Source: a candidate division WOR-3 bacterium
GTDB taxonomy: Bacteria; Hydrothermota; Tepidihabitantia; SM23-42; JAOAFX01
Assembly (NCBI GenBank): GCA_965648775.1
Contig: CBFGIH010000001.1
Coordinates: 6,405 to 32,788 of the forward strand
DNA: 26,384 bases
Reading direction: 5' to 3'
Below are positions 7,511 to 16,334 of the stretch, in pieces (position 1 is the stretch's first letter; each line of letters opens with the position of its first letter). The position numbers were made by a program, and so were the translations under genes. The notes beneath the pieces were generated by a model, which worked only from the letters and a program-made list of their open reading frames with translations, was not told the DNA's origin and made no database searches.

Positions 7511-7846
7511 GTGACTGAAAAAGAATATTACTCGATCCGCGAAGTGGCGGAGCTGCTTGAAATTAAACCCTATATCCTGCGTTACTGGGAAAAGGAGTTC
7601 GCCATTCTCCGGCCAAAGCGTAACCGCGTGGGGCGCCGTTATTACTCACGCAAGGACATTGATTTGATCCGTTCCATCAAACGGATTCTTTATGAAAAAG
7701 GTTACACGATCGCCGGCGCCAAGAAGAAACTGGCCATGGTCACTGAAGGTCCCGAGCAACTTTCCCTGCCCATCCAGTCCAGCGGTAAGATCCTGAAAGA
7801 AATCAGGGATGAATTGGTTTTGATCAGGGAGATGCTGGGAAAGTGA
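7511..7846 (+). CDS. MerR-family HTH transcriptional regulator (short form)
   Basis: YYSIREVAELLEIKPYILRYWEKEF..LRPKRNRVGRRYY..GYTIAGAKK; GTG start with SD AAGGAGG. Confidence 0.9.
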   Translation: MTEKEYYSIREVAELLEIKPYILRYWEKEFAILRPKRNRVGRRYYSRKDIDLIRSIKRILYEKGYTIAGAKKKLAMVTEGPEQLSLPIQSSGKILKEIRDELVLIREMLGK

Positions 7847-7862
7847 GATGATAAACCGCGTG

Positions 7863-8738
7863 CTATTTCATGAGGCGGTTGAGCGCCTCGAAATAGCGGG
7901 CGACGGTCTTGTCCACGATGTCAGGCGGTAATTCGGGCGGGGGCGAATTGCGATCCCAATTCACGCTCAACAGGTAATTCCGGACAAACTGCTTGTCGTA
8001 CGATGCCTGTTCACCGCCGGGTTGATACAGGCTTAACTCCCAGAACCGGCTCGAATCCGGCGTGAAGATTTCGTCGATGAGCAGAAGCCGGTCCTCCAAT
8101 AACCCAAACTCAAATTTCGTGTCGGCGATGATGATGCCGCGCTTCAGGGCATAATCATGGGCAAATCGGTAAAGATTGATGCTGACATCGCGCAGGGTCC
8201 CGGCATTCTTATTCCCCACGATGCTGGCCATCCGTTCAAAACTTATGTTCTCGTCATGACCGCTTTCGGCTTTGGTCGCGGGCGTGAATACTGGCTCGGG
8301 TAATCTGTCGCCTTGCTTCAGACCGACGAACTTCTGGCCCGCGACCAAACCGGTCTGCTGATATTCTGCCCAGGCCGACCCGGAGATGTATCCCCGGACC
8401 ACGCACTCGACGGTCAAAGGCCGGCTTTTGCGCACCAACATGGACCGTCCCGTTAGAATCTCACGATGAGGATGAAGCAAAGCCGGGTAGGCATCGGGAT
8501 CGTCGGTGAGAAAATGGTTGGGAACGATATCTCTGGTCAGCTGAAACCAAAAAACGGAAAGCCTGGTCAGGATTTCTCCTTTATGCGGGATCAGGGTCGG
8601 CAAAATCCAATCAAAGGCGCTGATCCGGTCAGAAGCGACAATCAGCAGCTTGTCTTCGATCTCGAATACTTCGCGGACTTTGCCCTTTTTAAACAGCGGG
8701 ACGCCCGGCAGGTCAATGCGACCCACGGGTTCAGTCAT
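7863..8738 (-). CDS. purC: phosphoribosylaminoimidazole-succinocarboxamide (SAICAR) synthase
   Basis: GKVREVF, SDRISAFD, VECVVRGYISGS, FTPATKAESGHDENI, IADTKFEFG, DEIFTPDSSRFW, SYDKQFVR. Confidence 0.97.
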   Translation of the reverse strand: MTEPVGRIDLPGVPLFKKGKVREVFEIEDKLLIVASDRISAFDWILPTLIPHKGEILTRLSVFWFQLTRDIVPNHFLTDDPDAYPALLHPHREILTGRSMLVRKSRPLTVECVVRGYISGSAWAEYQQTGLVAGQKFVGLKQGDRLPEPVFTPATKAESGHDENISFERMASIVGNKNAGTLRDVSINLYRFAHDYALKRGIIIADTKFEFGLLEDRLLLIDEIFTPDSSRFWELSLYQPGGEQASYDKQFVRNYLLSVNWDRNSPPPELPPDIVDKTVARYFEALNRLMK

Positions 8739-9144
8739 AGAAAGTGATATCTTTTACAGCAGACAACAGGGCAAAGATCCGTTCGTTGTTGCTTTCTGGA
8801 TCAATCGGCGAGAAGAAAAATCCCCGGCGCTGCGGTGAATATCCCATGGTCAAACCAAAAAGCACTTCTCCGTCAATGAATTCCACCTTTACCTTTTTAC
8901 CGATCAGAGTTTTGTCCTGGATCTCATCAAAGGTCTTTTTTACCACCGGTCGGGCACGTTTCTTTCCCAGCAGTTCTTTGACGAAAAACACCGCCTTTAA
9001 GTTGGTCAGCTTCACGGGCACGGATTTTTCCCGGCCGCTTTCTTTGACAATCAGATGAAAAAGTTCTTTGTGCGGCTGGAAATCCGTGGTGTAACCTCTT
9101 TCCAGTCGGCCATCCAGATAGTGGACAACCACTTTATTTGGCAT
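8731..9144 (-). CDS. conserved hypothetical protein made of two duplicated beta-rich halves (DUF6982-like)
   Basis: Internal duplication KVVVHYLDGRLERGYTTDFQPHKELFHL / KVKVEFIDGEVLFGLTMGYSPQRRGFFF, with LKAVFFVK and SNNERIF motifs. The DUF assignment is from recall and unverified. Confidence 0.65.
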   Translation of the reverse strand: MPNKVVVHYLDGRLERGYTTDFQPHKELFHLIVKESGREKSVPVKLTNLKAVFFVKELLGKKRARPVVKKTFDEIQDKTLIGKKVKVEFIDGEVLFGLTMGYSPQRRGFFFSPIDPESNNERIFALLSAVKDITFYD

Positions 9145-9152
9145 AGAAGGTC

Positions 9153-9180
9153 ATTATATTCAACGACGGGATAAAGTCAA
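9153..9180 (-). promoter_or_regulatory. sigma70-type promoter of the 9144/purC pair
   Basis: TTGACT - 16 bp - TATAAT - 8 nt - ATG(9144) on the minus strand; no SD. Confidence 0.65.
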
Positions 9181-9203
9181 GAAATTCAGTGAAATAAGAA
9201 AAA

Positions 9204-9584
9204 CTAAGGAGTTTTTTCGTCCAGTTTCATCTGCAATTCCATCAGGGTTTCAATCGCTTCGCCGTATTGCTCCTTATCTATCAGCGCGATCACCTTGGCC
9301 CGGTATTCAGCTTTGATACTGGCCTTTTTATCGGGGATGCCCAGACTATCCAGCTCAAACTCGTGCATGCCTTCGGTGCGGAATTCACGTTTGACCGGCG
9401 GTTCTTTTACGACCGGCAACGGCTTTTCCGGCGGTGGAGTCTTGTCCTGCGAAATATGGGTAACCACGATATCCGCGGGCACGGTCCCGGGTTCAACCTT
9501 AGTTTCTTTTTCTTTTTTCTTGATCACCGAATCGAAAACTGATTCCGGTTTTTTTTCTTTCTTGAGCCGATTTAGAATATCCAT
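9204..9584 (-). CDS. hypothetical protein, Lys/Pro/Glu-rich disordered N-half and helical C-terminus
   Basis: 126 aa from ATG 9584 with SD GGAGGA 6 nt upstream; no recognised family. Confidence 0.7.
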   Translation of the reverse strand: MDILNRLKKEKKPESVFDSVIKKKEKETKVEPGTVPADIVVTHISQDKTPPPEKPLPVVKEPPVKREFRTEGMHEFELDSLGIPDKKASIKAEYRAKVIALIDKEQYGEAIETLMELQMKLDEKTP

Positions 9585-9672
9585 GGAAAATCCTCCGAAT
9601 TTGGCTGGTGCCCCATAGCTAAGGGCCACGGAAAAAAACGGTTGATTATTTTGGCTGGTTGAGAACAGGGCA

Positions 9673-12174
9673 TTATTTTGCTATCTTCCCTTCCTTATAA
9701 AGTGCGATCGCCTCCCTGGCTTCGGCGTTGGTGGGGTCGATTTCCAGCGCCCGCTGGAAAGCCTGCAGGGCTTCGTCATACTTCTCCATCTCCAGCAGGG
9801 ATTTACCGAGATGCACGTGTGCCAGGGTATAATTCACGTTGCGCTTCAGCGCTTCCTGAAACGCCATGACCGCGTCTTCGATCTTTTTCATCTTGAGATG
9901 CAGAAGTCCCAGGTTGTTGTAAATCTCGGCCAGATTCGGTTCGATTTGCAGCGCCTGTTGATACGACTTGAGCGCTTCCTCATGCCGGCCCAGCTCACCG
10001 AGAATCAATCCCTTGAGATTGTAAAATTCGGCGGTGGCATTGATCTCCAGGGCTTTATCAATTTCGTTCAGCGCCAGTTCCGGTGTGCCCCGGTAGTAGT
10101 ACAACGTCGCCCGGTCAAAATGATCAACCGCCTCCTTGAGCCGCGCCTGCGCCTGTTCCTGCCGGTATCGTTCCTCTTCTTTTTCAAAATAGGTGCGGAC
10201 ATGATCCAGGATTTCGCGGGTGTTATCCGCCAGCTGGGTCTGACGGTTGAACAATGATTGGAACTCCTGCTGCACCTCGCCGGTCATGCGGGCCAGCTGT
10301 TCGTTGAGGCCCTGAAATTTGTCCGCCAGCTGGGCGATGTCATTGAAAGTCTTTTCATACTGCTGCTCGAGGGCGCCGATTTCTTTTTTCATTTCGCCCA
10401 CCAGATCCAGCACGCTCTGATTCATGGACGCGCCGACCTGATCGACTCCTTTGCGCATGCCCTCGGCCAGACCGGCGATCTTGCCCAGCGATTCCAGATA
10501 ATTGTGATTTAGTTCGCGCATGGCGCTGCTCATTTCGCTGACCTGTTTCCGGGATTGATCGAAGATGTCCTCGGATTTGCTCATGCCCGAGAGAATCAGC
10601 GCCAGGGCATTGCGGGTTTCCGAATTGAGGTTAGTGATTTCCGTTTTGATCGTCTCGATGTTGCGGGCAATCTCATTCTTGAAATCACCCATGATTGCTG
10701 CCGCATCTCCGCGCAGGCCAACGACCTCGCCGCGGATCGTGCCAATGTGATCAAGGCTGCCGTCGAAGCCGGTCTTAAGGTTCTGTGCCAGGTTGGCGGT
10801 GTCGCTGCGCAGGCCGCCGATATCCAGTTTAATGCCCACGATGCTCTCCACGTTACGGGCAATTTCGCCCTGGATATTTTCCATAGCCGAGCCCGCCTGA
10901 GATCGCAAACCGCTGATTTCTTCCTTGACCGCCTGCAGGCTCTCCAGACTCCGCGTGATTTCATTGCGGAAAGCATCGGCCAGGGCGGCCGTGTCGCCGC
11001 GCAGACCGCTGATCTCGTTGCGAAGCATATCACCGAGCGCCTTGCTGACACCTTCTCCGATTTCGCTGATGCGGCGAAGAAGATCCTGGAGTTTTTCTTC
11101 CTGGCGCGTCAGCGGGTCCACGAGGCCTTTGATCACTTCGTCCATCTTGCCAGTGGTTGCGCTGCGGAAATCCGCCAGGTCAGTCTTGATCGCTTCTGTG
11201 ATGGTCCCCACATCGACAATCACATTGCGGATTCCCTCATTGCCTTGCCGGACTGATTCCCCGAGTGATTTGTTGAACTGATCGAACATTTCCTGAAGTA
11301 CCTGCTGCCGGGACCGGCTGTCATCCTTGAGTCCAGCCAATTCCGCGCGGACCGTCTCGCTGATGCCGCCGATACCGCCGGCGACCGCTTCCAGCTTATC
11401 GAGAAAGCGCAAATAGTCCTGATTCGCCGCGGCGGTTTTGCTGATTTCCGCCACCACGGCTTCCAGACCCGCCTGCTGGCTCGCCTGCAACCGTTCGAAG
11501 GTGGTCTTGAGCGTTTCCAGCTGTCGATTCAAGTTTTCTTCCGACGTCTGAAGCCGCTGGCCGTTTTCCATCGCGAAATTTTTGAATTCTTCGGCAAATT
11601 TCGCCTGACCAGATAGCGTTTCACTTTCCAGCTCCCGCAGAGCCTCAAGGGAGGAGGTGAGGCGGTCGGCGGTTTGACCCAGCAACTGGCCCAGTTCCGC
11701 GATGGCGGCGTTGAGCTTTTCACTTGGTGCGCCGAAGATCCCCGGCAGGGATTCCCTGAGCGCGATGAGGTTATTGGCGGTTTCGGTCATTCGACTCGCC
11801 AGATTGCCCGAAGCGCCGTTGATTAATTCGGACAGCCGGTCAAATCCTAAAATTAAAACCTCATTCTGTTTTTTCATGATTTCAAACCGCGACAGAACAG
11901 CCTCCTGCAGGGTCTGCGCCGCGGTGGTTAAGGATGCGGCCATGACCTCACCGCGATGGGACATTTCGTCCTTAATTTCTTTGATGCCCGCTTTCAAATC
12001 ATCGATCAGGATACCGTCTTTGATATTAGCCGATAAAAGCGAACAGAGTTTGGTGGCGCCGTCGTAAACCATGCATTCATTCTTTATGCATTCCTGGATT
12101 TCAAGCTCTTCGCTGACGTGCCGGCCTTCTCGGTCGAACACCGCTTTTTTTCTGACTAAAAACGGGCATTTCAT
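9673..12174 (-). CDS. large coiled-coil/amphipathic-repeat protein with N-terminal four-Cys motif and C-terminal TPRs
   Basis: N-terminus CPFL..C.KNEC..YD....C, about 600 aa of heptad/hendecad helix, then about 4 TPRs (AEFYNLKGLIL.., AEIYNNLGLL.., AHVHLGKSL). ATG 12174 preferred over GTG 12177 because of SD GGGAGG spacing. Confidence 0.85.
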   Translation of the reverse strand: MKCPFLVRKKAVFDREGRHVSEELEIQECIKNECMVYDGATKLCSLLSANIKDGILIDDLKAGIKEIKDEMSHRGEVMAASLTTAAQTLQEAVLSRFEIMKKQNEVLILGFDRLSELINGASGNLASRMTETANNLIALRESLPGIFGAPSEKLNAAIAELGQLLGQTADRLTSSLEALRELESETLSGQAKFAEEFKNFAMENGQRLQTSEENLNRQLETLKTTFERLQASQQAGLEAVVAEISKTAAANQDYLRFLDKLEAVAGGIGGISETVRAELAGLKDDSRSRQQVLQEMFDQFNKSLGESVRQGNEGIRNVIVDVGTITEAIKTDLADFRSATTGKMDEVIKGLVDPLTRQEEKLQDLLRRISEIGEGVSKALGDMLRNEISGLRGDTAALADAFRNEITRSLESLQAVKEEISGLRSQAGSAMENIQGEIARNVESIVGIKLDIGGLRSDTANLAQNLKTGFDGSLDHIGTIRGEVVGLRGDAAAIMGDFKNEIARNIETIKTEITNLNSETRNALALILSGMSKSEDIFDQSRKQVSEMSSAMRELNHNYLESLGKIAGLAEGMRKGVDQVGASMNQSVLDLVGEMKKEIGALEQQYEKTFNDIAQLADKFQGLNEQLARMTGEVQQEFQSLFNRQTQLADNTREILDHVRTYFEKEEERYRQEQAQARLKEAVDHFDRATLYYYRGTPELALNEIDKALEINATAEFYNLKGLILGELGRHEEALKSYQQALQIEPNLAEIYNNLGLLHLKMKKIEDAVMAFQEALKRNVNYTLAHVHLGKSLLEMEKYDEALQAFQRALEIDPTNAEAREAIALYKEGKIAK
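10642..11016 (-). repeat. four tandem ~32-residue coding repeats inside the coiled-coil protein
   Basis: EISGLRGDTAALADAFRNEITRSLESLQAVKE / EISGLRSQAGSAMENIQGEIARNVESIVGIKL / DIGGLRSDTANLAQNLKTGFDGSLDHIGTIRG / EVVGLRGDAAAIMGDFKNEIARNIETIKT. Confidence 0.75.
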
Positions 12175-15100
12175 CACATCCTCCCTTCAATGAATATTTT
12201 CCCTTTTGCCAATCTCCGTTCCTGGGCTCGCTTTTGATATGATTCGATCTGCTTTTCCACCCCGCTGATGCCGGACTGGCGTAGGACCGCGGCGGCGGTT
12301 TCATAAGAGCCCAGCATCTCGTAGATCAGGGCATAGAGCGGCGCAGTCTCCGCGTCAACCGGCAAAGTCTTTATGACCTCCAGGGCCTTGATTGGCTGAC
12401 GGGTTTGAAGAAAAATCCTGGCGCGCAGAATGGTCTGACGACGCTGCATTTCCGGGTTCGTGACCTGAAAAGCGATTTCCCGTTCGGCTTCGACCAGATG
12501 GCCTGCTTCCAGATGAACCGCCGCCCGGGACAGGCGATCGTCTTCGCGGTCGCCGGTGATCGTTTCTAAGCGGTGGCGCTGATAATCAGCACGGGTTTTC
12601 TTCATGAGCCGGTATATCGCCCGGCGGTCCTTCGTGGTAACCAGCAGATCTCGGTATATCTCCAGGGCTTTTTCTGAATCGCCCATTTCGTAGTAGACCT
12701 GAGCTGCACGCAGGCGGATTTCCTCGCGCCGGGTCGGCAACAGTCCTTCCGCCTTGCGCAAGGCGCCGAGGGCAGGTTCATATTTTTTCTCATGCTGAAA
12801 GAGACGGGCCGCCAGTAAAAAGGCCTCGGCGTTCCCGCTGTCAAGCCGGATCACTTGCTGGAGCTGTTTCAGAATTTCCGTGCTCCGGTCTGGCGCGGCG
12901 TAAAACATTTTTTCCAGCAGCTCAACCGCCTGTTTTATTTCCCCGGTTACAATCTTCAGCGAAGCGACATAAAGCATGATATCCGGGCTGTGCGCCAAGT
13001 GCGGCATTAACTCGTCAATCACGCGGGGCGCTTCGGCAGGCGAGATGTCAATCAGGCGGCGGCCGACTTCGATGGCTTTCTGGTATTCGCCTTCATTGAG
13101 AAAATAGTACAACAGCAGATGATAGGCCGGAATATGGGCGGGATTTTTTTCTAAAATTCTGGGTATGAACGTTTTGACCCAGTCTCCTTCGCGGTTGTCG
13201 ATCCGGTATATTTCGCCGGCCAGATCCAGGGCATCCTCCAGGTTATTGAAGTTGAAGTAAATCTCCGCCAGGCCTTTTCGGGATTCAATGTCCCGGGGAT
13301 CGTCGGCGCAAATTTTTTTCATTTCGGTGATGGCGGGCTCGCGGTAAGATTTATCCGCCTGCTGCGCTTCAATGTAATATTTAACCGCGGAACCCCGGAT
13401 GCCGGCCAGGTGATAAACCCGACCCAGGGAAAACTGTAAAAGCGGCTGGGGTTGTTGTTTAATCAGTTTCTCGAATAGAGGGATAACCTGCTTGACAAAA
13501 CCGGCATCGAGTTCGCTGGCCTGGAGGAGATGCCGGATGCCCTCGTCATGTTTCTTCAGGATTAATTCAATGTTGCCGAGGGCAAAAAGAATGCGGGGAT
13601 TGGCCAGGGCCTTGGCGGCCAGGACTTTCAATTCTTCATAGACGTATTCGGCCCGGGCCGGCAGAATGCGGGCGGTGAGCAGATATTCATCCACCGCTTC
13701 ATCAATGCGCTGGGCCTTGGCCAGGGCGCGGCCCCGGGCAAAATGCGCCGGCACGTTGCTCTTGTCAATCTGCAATATTTTATCCAGGTAGCGGATGACC
13801 TCGGCCGAGTGATCCTCGTTGCCTTCAAGAGAAAGCATGAGGGGCCGAACGCCATCGGTAAGATTGCCGCTTTCCACCAGGGCTTGTCCCATTTTCAAAT
13901 TGAAATACTGCGCCTCGGGGCCGAAAACCTCTATCCCCTTGCGGGCTTCTTCAATGACTCGATCCCAGATTTTCCGATTGAAAAAAGTGTCGATCAGCAG
14001 GACTCTGACTTCCCGATCCTTGGGAAAGTTCTTCAGGGTATCATAAAATTCATCAATGATTTCAAAAAATGCCTTGGGATCGACGGTCTGCGCGGTTTTG
14101 AAAAAACGGGTGGCGATCTCGACATCGCCTTCCTTCATGAATAAACGAGCCGCGGCTAAAAGCAGCGGCACGGCCTGGGGCCGGGCTTGAATGACTTCGA
14201 TCATCGCCCGCTTGACTGTTTCCTTCTGCTCGGCCTGGCCGAGCCAGCGCTCAAAAATTTTCACGGCCTGTTCGTGCTCGCCGCAAAAAGCGTGAAGCCG
14301 AGCCTCGGCCAATTCAAAGGCGAAAGGTTCGGCGGCGCGGTGGCGCTGGTAAAAAGCCAGAATTTTCTTGCCCAGGTTGGGCTGGCGGCTAACAATCTCG
14401 TCAAGGGTGGGCAGGTAAGCGATAACCTCTTCCAGCGGGCCGCTTAATTTGGGTTCCAGCAGGGCATAGGCCTGATCCGCCTTGCCGCGCCGCGCCAGCG
14501 TGCGGGCGTGCAGATTGATATAATCCGGATCCGTCGGTTTCTGTTTCAAAATCTGGGCAGTGGCTTTTTCGACCAGGTCCTCTTCACCGGTTTCAGTGAG
14601 ATTTTCCAGAATCACCAGCACGTTTTCCTTGTCTCCCTTCTGCGCCAGGCAAAGCGCCATCAGATAAAGCGCTCGGCGGTTTGAAATATCGCGCTCCAGA
14701 ATCGCATTGAGATTCTGGATGTACTCCTCGGTGAGACCCGGATCGTTCTGATAGGCTTGATCAATGACTTCAACGGCAGCGGCTAAATTGTTCTGTTTCA
14801 GGTGCAGGGTGACAAAACCCTGAATGACCTGGGGATTGTTGGGTTCCTTCTTAAATGCCTGTTGATATTTCTTGAGAATAACCGGATACTGGTCGGGAGC
14901 AATTTCCAGCAACCGGTCAAATTCATTGATCGCCAGCGAAACCCGGCCGCCCTGAAGGTACGCGTCGCTGAGCGCCACCAGAATTTTCAATTCTTTGGGA
15001 TATACCTTCTCCAGTTCCCGCAGCGCCTTGACCACATCATCAACTTTCGCCGGGTCTTTCTGCAATAAATGCTGTAAACCCTGAATCGAAGCGTCAAGGT

Positions 15101-15905
15101 CGCCCTTCTTGATATGAAGTTCCGTGAGCAGCTGGGCAAAGGCTTCTTCGTGATCCCGAGGGGGCTTGGTGGCGGTGATGGTCTCAATCAACGGATCAAC
15201 AAAATCGGGGAATTTTTCAAGCGTCCGGTGAGCGGCGCTCAAACCTTCTTCGTACATCCGCTGACGGAAAAGAGCTTTCAATAAAGCCAGCGAGGCATAA
15301 GGATCGTTGTAGCGCTCGCGGACCGTGGCGCGAGCCCACGACATGATCTGCGGTAAGAAGGACTCGTGGCTCAGGAGAAAATCAATGAGTTCCAGCGCTT
15401 TCGCGCCTTCCTGCAGAAAAAAATGAATCGAGGCCAGCGTCAAGATGCTTTCCAGTTCCCGTTTATTGGGAACTTTTTTATTGAGCGCGGCCTGGTGTAT
15501 TTTTTCATAACGGGTTATCAGCAGTTTTATTTCCCGTTCGTTGAACGCTCGCAGGACTTTGGCAATTTCGTCAAATTGCTGGTTTGATACGTAGGTCTGG
15601 ATCAGCAGATCGCCGGCATCAATCGAGGTTTTGCGGTAGAAAAGATCGGAAACCAGGGCGACGACTTCATCCATCCGGTTGGGCGCGATTTTTTGCAGAT
15701 CCCGCAACAATTCGATGGCCTGGCTGCGCTGTTCTACTTCAAAATAGAGCCGGCCGAGTTCGAGATAGGCGTCAAAAGCCTGTTCGTCTTCTGTCAGATT
15801 ATCCTCAAGAATTTTAATGGCTGCGTTAGTCTTGCCCTCTTTGAGGTATTCCCGTGCGCGCTGCAAGGCTTTCTGGGGATCCCGGCTGCCGAAAAACTCA
15901 AACAT
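12174..15905 (-). CDS. giant tetratricopeptide-repeat protein (1243 aa)
   Basis: TPR-like helical repeats throughout (AYLELGRLY, ILVALSDAY, AHFARGRAL, ILFALGNIE, SRKGLAEIY). No signal peptide or TM segment. Confidence 0.88.
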   Translation of the reverse strand: MFEFFGSRDPQKALQRAREYLKEGKTNAAIKILEDNLTEDEQAFDAYLELGRLYFEVEQRSQAIELLRDLQKIAPNRMDEVVALVSDLFYRKTSIDAGDLLIQTYVSNQQFDEIAKVLRAFNEREIKLLITRYEKIHQAALNKKVPNKRELESILTLASIHFFLQEGAKALELIDFLLSHESFLPQIMSWARATVRERYNDPYASLALLKALFRQRMYEEGLSAAHRTLEKFPDFVDPLIETITATKPPRDHEEAFAQLLTELHIKKGDLDASIQGLQHLLQKDPAKVDDVVKALRELEKVYPKELKILVALSDAYLQGGRVSLAINEFDRLLEIAPDQYPVILKKYQQAFKKEPNNPQVIQGFVTLHLKQNNLAAAVEVIDQAYQNDPGLTEEYIQNLNAILERDISNRRALYLMALCLAQKGDKENVLVILENLTETGEEDLVEKATAQILKQKPTDPDYINLHARTLARRGKADQAYALLEPKLSGPLEEVIAYLPTLDEIVSRQPNLGKKILAFYQRHRAAEPFAFELAEARLHAFCGEHEQAVKIFERWLGQAEQKETVKRAMIEVIQARPQAVPLLLAAARLFMKEGDVEIATRFFKTAQTVDPKAFFEIIDEFYDTLKNFPKDREVRVLLIDTFFNRKIWDRVIEEARKGIEVFGPEAQYFNLKMGQALVESGNLTDGVRPLMLSLEGNEDHSAEVIRYLDKILQIDKSNVPAHFARGRALAKAQRIDEAVDEYLLTARILPARAEYVYEELKVLAAKALANPRILFALGNIELILKKHDEGIRHLLQASELDAGFVKQVIPLFEKLIKQQPQPLLQFSLGRVYHLAGIRGSAVKYYIEAQQADKSYREPAITEMKKICADDPRDIESRKGLAEIYFNFNNLEDALDLAGEIYRIDNREGDWVKTFIPRILEKNPAHIPAYHLLLYYFLNEGEYQKAIEVGRRLIDISPAEAPRVIDELMPHLAHSPDIMLYVASLKIVTGEIKQAVELLEKMFYAAPDRSTEILKQLQQVIRLDSGNAEAFLLAARLFQHEKKYEPALGALRKAEGLLPTRREEIRLRAAQVYYEMGDSEKALEIYRDLLVTTKDRRAIYRLMKKTRADYQRHRLETITGDREDDRLSRAAVHLEAGHLVEAEREIAFQVTNPEMQRRQTILRARIFLQTRQPIKALEVIKTLPVDAETAPLYALIYEMLGSYETAAAVLRQSGISGVEKQIESYQKRAQERRLAKGKIFIEGRM

Positions 15906-16224
15906 TGCTCGCTCTCCGTTTCAACTCGTCACGTTTCCAGGCCAGGGCATCAATCAGCGAATGAACGGGTTCGCTGCCCGCGGCCACGAGCACGCCGCTT
16001 AAACCGTAATCAAGCCAGTGGGCAATCCGGGATTGCGCCGTCAAGCCGAGTTCCCGGATGATCCCGAATCTAAAGACAAAGGTTATCAGAAGGCCCAGGA
16101 CCAGGCTGACGGCCCAGGCATAAATCCGCCGCCGGGAAGCAGGCAGGAGGTAGAGAATTTTTTCGGTAACCCGCTCCACGATCAGGGATAGCCCCAGCAG
16201 AAAAATGATAATCTTGCCGGTCAT
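15898..16224 (-). CDS. small membrane protein (2-3 TM, basic C-terminus)
   Basis: Hydrophobic segments IIIFLLGLSLIV, IYAWAVSLVLGLLITFVF and LDYGLSGVLVAAGS, followed by KRDELKRR. The stop overlaps the TPR gene start by 8 nt. Confidence 0.75.
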   Translation of the reverse strand: MTGKIIIFLLGLSLIVERVTEKILYLLPASRRRIYAWAVSLVLGLLITFVFRFGIIRELGLTAQSRIAHWLDYGLSGVLVAAGSEPVHSLIDALAWKRDELKRRASNV

Positions 16225-16308
16225 GAGATTATTTTAATGTAACCACCGGGTTCTAACCATAAATTGCTTAATGCCTTTCTTTTCCTGACTTCATCGCCTT
16301 TGCAGCGG

Positions 16309-16330
16309 CCGTGTCCGTTAGAACGGACGG
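16309..16330. terminator. GC-rich hairpin just after the cNMP-binding gene (possible terminator)
   Basis: GTCCGT-TAGA-ACGGAC core with flanking CC/GG. It has no U-tract on the minus strand, so support is weak. Confidence 0.25.
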
Positions 16331-16334
16331 TCGA

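Noticed and set aside
9585-9629. N-terminal extension of the 141-aa ORF
   Set aside because: SD GGAGGA sits 6 nt before ATG 9584.
16025-16059. Inverted repeat ATCCGGGA...TCCCGGAT
   Set aside because: An 8-bp pair inside a coding region with no other supporting feature.
9811-16061. Several long plus-strand ORFs (e.g. 10555..11256, 9811..10257, 13743..14144)
   Set aside because: Antisense shadows of the long minus-strand coiled-coil and TPR genes, expected in GC-rich DNA.
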